Shown: in pieces, positions 25,584 to 28,110 of the stretch
Layout of the letters: each line of letters starts with the position of its first letter
Position numbering within the stretch: position 1 is the first letter of the stretch
Assembly (NCBI GenBank): GCA_964291495.2
Contig: OZ219869.1
Span: 1-28,110, forward strand
DNA from: Dehalococcoidia bacterium
Lineage (GTDB): Bacteria; Chloroflexota; Dehalococcoidia; UBA2979
Direction of reading: 5' to 3'
Length of the DNA: 28,110 nucleotides
Notes under the pieces: model-generated
The model's input: the letters and a program-made list of their open reading frames with translations, nothing else
Databases searched by the model: none
What the model was told of the DNA's origin: nothing
Position numbers and translations under genes: made by a program

Positions 25584-25942
25584 TCGAGCTCGTCACTGAA
25601 GTCGACGCGCGCGGGCGAGTAGCGGTCCCGCTCGCGACCGGCGTAGATGTGCTCGACCATCTCGTCGATCTCCTCGTCGGTCATGAAACCGTCGAACAAG
25701 CCGATCAGCCCTGCGCCTCCGGTGTGCCCTACCGGTGCCGGCTCCTCGGCGCCGAGGCGCTCAAGGTCCTCGACGCTGACGAGGACGGCGGCGGGCTTGC
25801 CGTGGCGCTCGATGACGTAGCGCTCCGAGCGATACTGTACGCCCTCGATCAGCGCCGAGAAGGTCGCCTTCGCCTCGGCAACGCCAACGCGGCGCGGGCC
25901 GGACTCGGAGCCCTCACTGTACTCTGCGGGTGTTTCCGTCAT
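25580..25942 (-). CDS. Type II TA antitoxin, Phd/YefM family, about 120 aa
   Basis: VGVAEAKATFSALI...VIERHGKPAAVLVS; acidic C-terminus; directly upstream of vapC. Confidence 0.9.
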   Translation of the reverse strand: MTETPAEYSEGSESGPRRVGVAEAKATFSALIEGVQYRSERYVIERHGKPAAVLVSVEDLERLGAEEPAPVGHTGGAGLIGLFDGFMTDEEIDEMVEHIYAGRERDRYSPARVDFSDELD

Positions 25943-26013
25943 CGCCTCGCCCCCTCTCCGCCTCGAGGGCTGCCCCGGCCGCACGAGCGGCCCGGGTTCG
26001 CCGGTGCGTTCCG

Positions 26014-26043
26014 TACTGTCTGACCAGTATGACCTATTTGACC
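26014..26043. promoter_or_regulatory. Candidate TA operator: three TGACC direct repeats at 9-bp period plus a TACTG-N6-CAGTA inverted repeat
   Basis: TGACC at 26021, 26030 and 26039; AT-rich patch upstream of the antitoxin. Confidence 0.55.
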
Positions 26044-26091
26044 TGAAACCCGCAAAGGCGGGGCGGCGATCGGGGTGTGTACGATGCCCGT

Positions 26092-26505
26092 ATGGGACCA
26101 CGATTGATCCGGGCGCTGACGCGCATCCAGCAGCCGCTGTTCACGCTGATGCGCGGGCGCTGGCAGGGGCCGCCGACGTTGCGGCTCTGGACGACCGGGC
26201 GGACGTCGGCCCGCGAGCGCTCGGTGCTGCTGCTCTACCTCGACGACGGTCCGCGGGTGGTCGTGGTGGCGTCGTACGGGGGGCACTCGGAGCATCCGCA
26301 GTGGTGGAAGAACCTGCTCGCTAACCCCAACTGCCGGATCTGGTCGGCGAAGCGGGGCGCCGAGGTGATGGTGGCGTCCGAGCTGCAAGGCGACGAGCGC
26401 GAAGCGGCCTGGGAGCGTTTGCTCTCACTGTACTCGTCGTATGCGGCCTACCAGCAGAAAACGTCGCGGCGCATCCCCCTGGTCGCGCTATCGCCAGCCG
26501 ATTAG
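26092..26505 (+). CDS. Deazaflavin (F420)-dependent nitroreductase/quinone reductase, Ddn family, 137 aa
   Basis: LWTTGRTS, VVVASYGGHSEHPQWWKNLLANP and YQQKTSRRIPLV; TACGAT 6 nt before ATG 26092. Confidence 0.92.
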   Translation: MGPRLIRALTRIQQPLFTLMRGRWQGPPTLRLWTTGRTSARERSVLLLYLDDGPRVVVVASYGGHSEHPQWWKNLLANPNCRIWSAKRGAEVMVASELQGDEREAAWERLLSLYSSYAAYQQKTSRRIPLVALSPAD

Positions 26506-26527
26506 GGCGCGCTTCGCGGGGACGGAG

Positions 26528-27727
26528 TCAGGCGTCGTCGAGCGCCTGCTCCGCCGGGAGCGACTTGCCCTGCAACATCGCCAGCGACGCGGCGCCGCCC
26601 GTCGAGACGTGGCTGATGCGGTCGGCCACTCCGGCGCGCTGCACGACGGCTGCCGTCTCGCCTCCGCCGACCACCACGGTCCCCTCGAGGTCCGCGAGCA
26701 TCTCCGCCATCGCCAGCGATCCGTGGTCGAACGGCTCGCGCTCGAACCAGCCGAGAGGGCCGTTCCATACGACCGTGCGCATCGGCGCCAGCGCGCTGCG
26801 GAACAACTCGATCGTTGCCGGGCCGATATCGAGGATGCGCCAGCCCGAGGGCACCTGGTCGACCGGCGCTCTGCTCACGTGATCGCGGTCGGCGGCGCCG
26901 AAGCCCACGATCGCGTCGACGGGCAGGTAGAGTCGCAGGTCGGGCCGCGCCTCCACCTGCTTGAACACGCGCTTTGCGTCGGAGACGCCCTCGGAGTCCC
27001 ACAGCGAGTCGGCGATGTCGATGCCCTGCGTGCTGAGGAAGGTGTTCGCAACCCCGCCGCCGACGCAGATCACGTTCGACTGGTCGCAGAGGTGGTTGAG
27101 GATGCCGATCTTGTCGGCGACCTTGGCGCCGCCGAGCACCACCGCGAAGGGGTGCTCCGGGTTGGTCGAAAGTCGCTTCAGGTACTCGATCTCGCGGTCC
27201 ATCAGTAGCCCCGCGACGGCCGGGAGGTGTTTCGGCACGCCGATGATCGAGGCGTGCGCGCGGTGCGCCGTCCCGAAAGCGTCGCCGACGTAGAGATCAG
27301 CGAGCGAGGCGAGCTGGCGGGCGAACTCCGGGTCGTTCGCCTCCTCGCCGGGGTGGAAGCGCACATTCTCAAGCAGCAGCACGTCGCCCGGGGCGAGCGC
27401 CTCAACGGCCGCATCGACCTCGGGGCCGAGGCAGTCGTCCGTAGAGGCGACGGGCACGCCGAGCAGGCTGCCGAGGTGCCTGGCGACGGGAGCGTTGCGC
27501 AGCGCTTCGACCACCTGCCCGCGCGGGCGTCCGCGGTGCGAGCAGATCACGATCCGGGCGCCGGCCTCCCGGAGGTACGCGATCGTCGGCAGGGATTCGC
27601 GCAGGCGCAGGTCGTCGAAGACGAAGCCGTGCTCGTCGAGTTGGACGTTGTAGTCGACGCGGAGGAAGACCCGGCGCCCCTGGAGGTCGATGTCGCGGAT
27701 CGTGCGCTTCGAGTGTGCCGGGCTCAC
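26528..27727 (-). CDS. pgk: Phosphoglycerate kinase
   Basis: RVDYNV, SHRGRP, LLENVRF, DAFGTAHRAHAS, GGAKVADKI, WNGPLG and HVSTGGAASL; GTG start at 27727 lies 7 nt after TATCAT. Confidence 0.98.
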   Translation of the reverse strand: MSPAHSKRTIRDIDLQGRRVFLRVDYNVQLDEHGFVFDDLRLRESLPTIAYLREAGARIVICSHRGRPRGQVVEALRNAPVARHLGSLLGVPVASTDDCLGPEVDAAVEALAPGDVLLLENVRFHPGEEANDPEFARQLASLADLYVGDAFGTAHRAHASIIGVPKHLPAVAGLLMDREIEYLKRLSTNPEHPFAVVLGGAKVADKIGILNHLCDQSNVICVGGGVANTFLSTQGIDIADSLWDSEGVSDAKRVFKQVEARPDLRLYLPVDAIVGFGAADRDHVSRAPVDQVPSGWRILDIGPATIELFRSALAPMRTVVWNGPLGWFEREPFDHGSLAMAEMLADLEGTVVVGGGETAAVVQRAGVADRISHVSTGGAASLAMLQGKSLPAEQALDDA

Positions 27728-27772
27728 GGCCGGGATGATAGGTGCGGCGTCCGGGGCGGGCAATCGTCCCGG

Positions 27773-28110
27773 TTACGCGTCTCTTGCGGCGAGCAGCTCC
27801 GCCAGCTCCGCGAACAGCGCCCGGTCGTCCCCGAGCGCGAGTGATGCGAGGGCGGCCAGCGCCGCGTCGACCTGCTCGGCGGCGAGTTCCTCGGTGGCGG
27901 CGCGGGCGCCTGCCGCCTCGATCTCCGCGGCGAGTACGGAGATGTCGATTGGGGCGCCCGAACGATCGCCATAGGCCGCCTCGAGCGCGGGCGCCTCGCC
28001 GCTCTCGATGGCGGCGATCACGGGGTAGGTCTGCTTGCGCGAAAGCAGATCGTCGCCCACGGGCTTGCCCGTGACCGCCGGGTCACCCCAGATGCCGAGC
28101 AGGTCGTCGG
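27773..28110 (-). CDS. Polyprenyl (geranylgeranyl/farnesyl) diphosphate synthase, C-terminal part (runs off the window)
   Basis: Second Asp-rich region DDLLGIWGDPAVTGKPVGDDLLSRKQTYPV. Confidence 0.9.
   Translation of the reverse strand, partial: DDLLGIWGDPAVTGKPVGDDLLSRKQTYPVIAAIESGEAPALEAAYGDRSGAPIDISVLAAEIEAAGARAATEELAAEQVDAALAALASLALGDDRALFAELAELLAARDA

Overview
A high-GC (roughly 70% by eye) bacterial chromosomal segment. It most likely comes from a Chloroflexota (Dehalococcoidia-like) organism, an inference from the pgk-apgM-tpiA-miaA-dapF-dapL-hflX gene order, the archaeal-type phosphoglycerate mutase and an F420-dependent reductase. The left part has a frameshifted transglutaminase-like gene with a poly-Q tail and a VOC protein. 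It also has a xanthine-dehydrogenase/Cox-family molybdoenzyme cluster (FAD subunit, 2Fe-2S subunit, two paralogous large subunits, MoaD-like protein), split by a small insert encoding a 3-TM protein and a Pro-rich peptide. The middle has a WrbA-like operon, an unusual membrane protein with tandem HEPN-like repeats, a TM helix, a Pro/Thr linker and an SH3b-like domain (the best novelty candidate), and a MaoC/CoA-transferase/acyl-CoA-dehydrogenase operon. The right part is a housekeeping backbone interrupted by dcd, a YdeI-like gene, a GNAT, an ACAD-fold flavoprotein, a Phd-VapC toxin-antitoxin pair and a Ddn-like gene. Regulatory oddities are five apparently leaderless genes and probable non-canonical starts for hflX (ATC) and miaA (CTG). 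No rRNA, tRNA, CRISPR array or transposase was seen. Family calls come from motif recognition by eye, not database searches.
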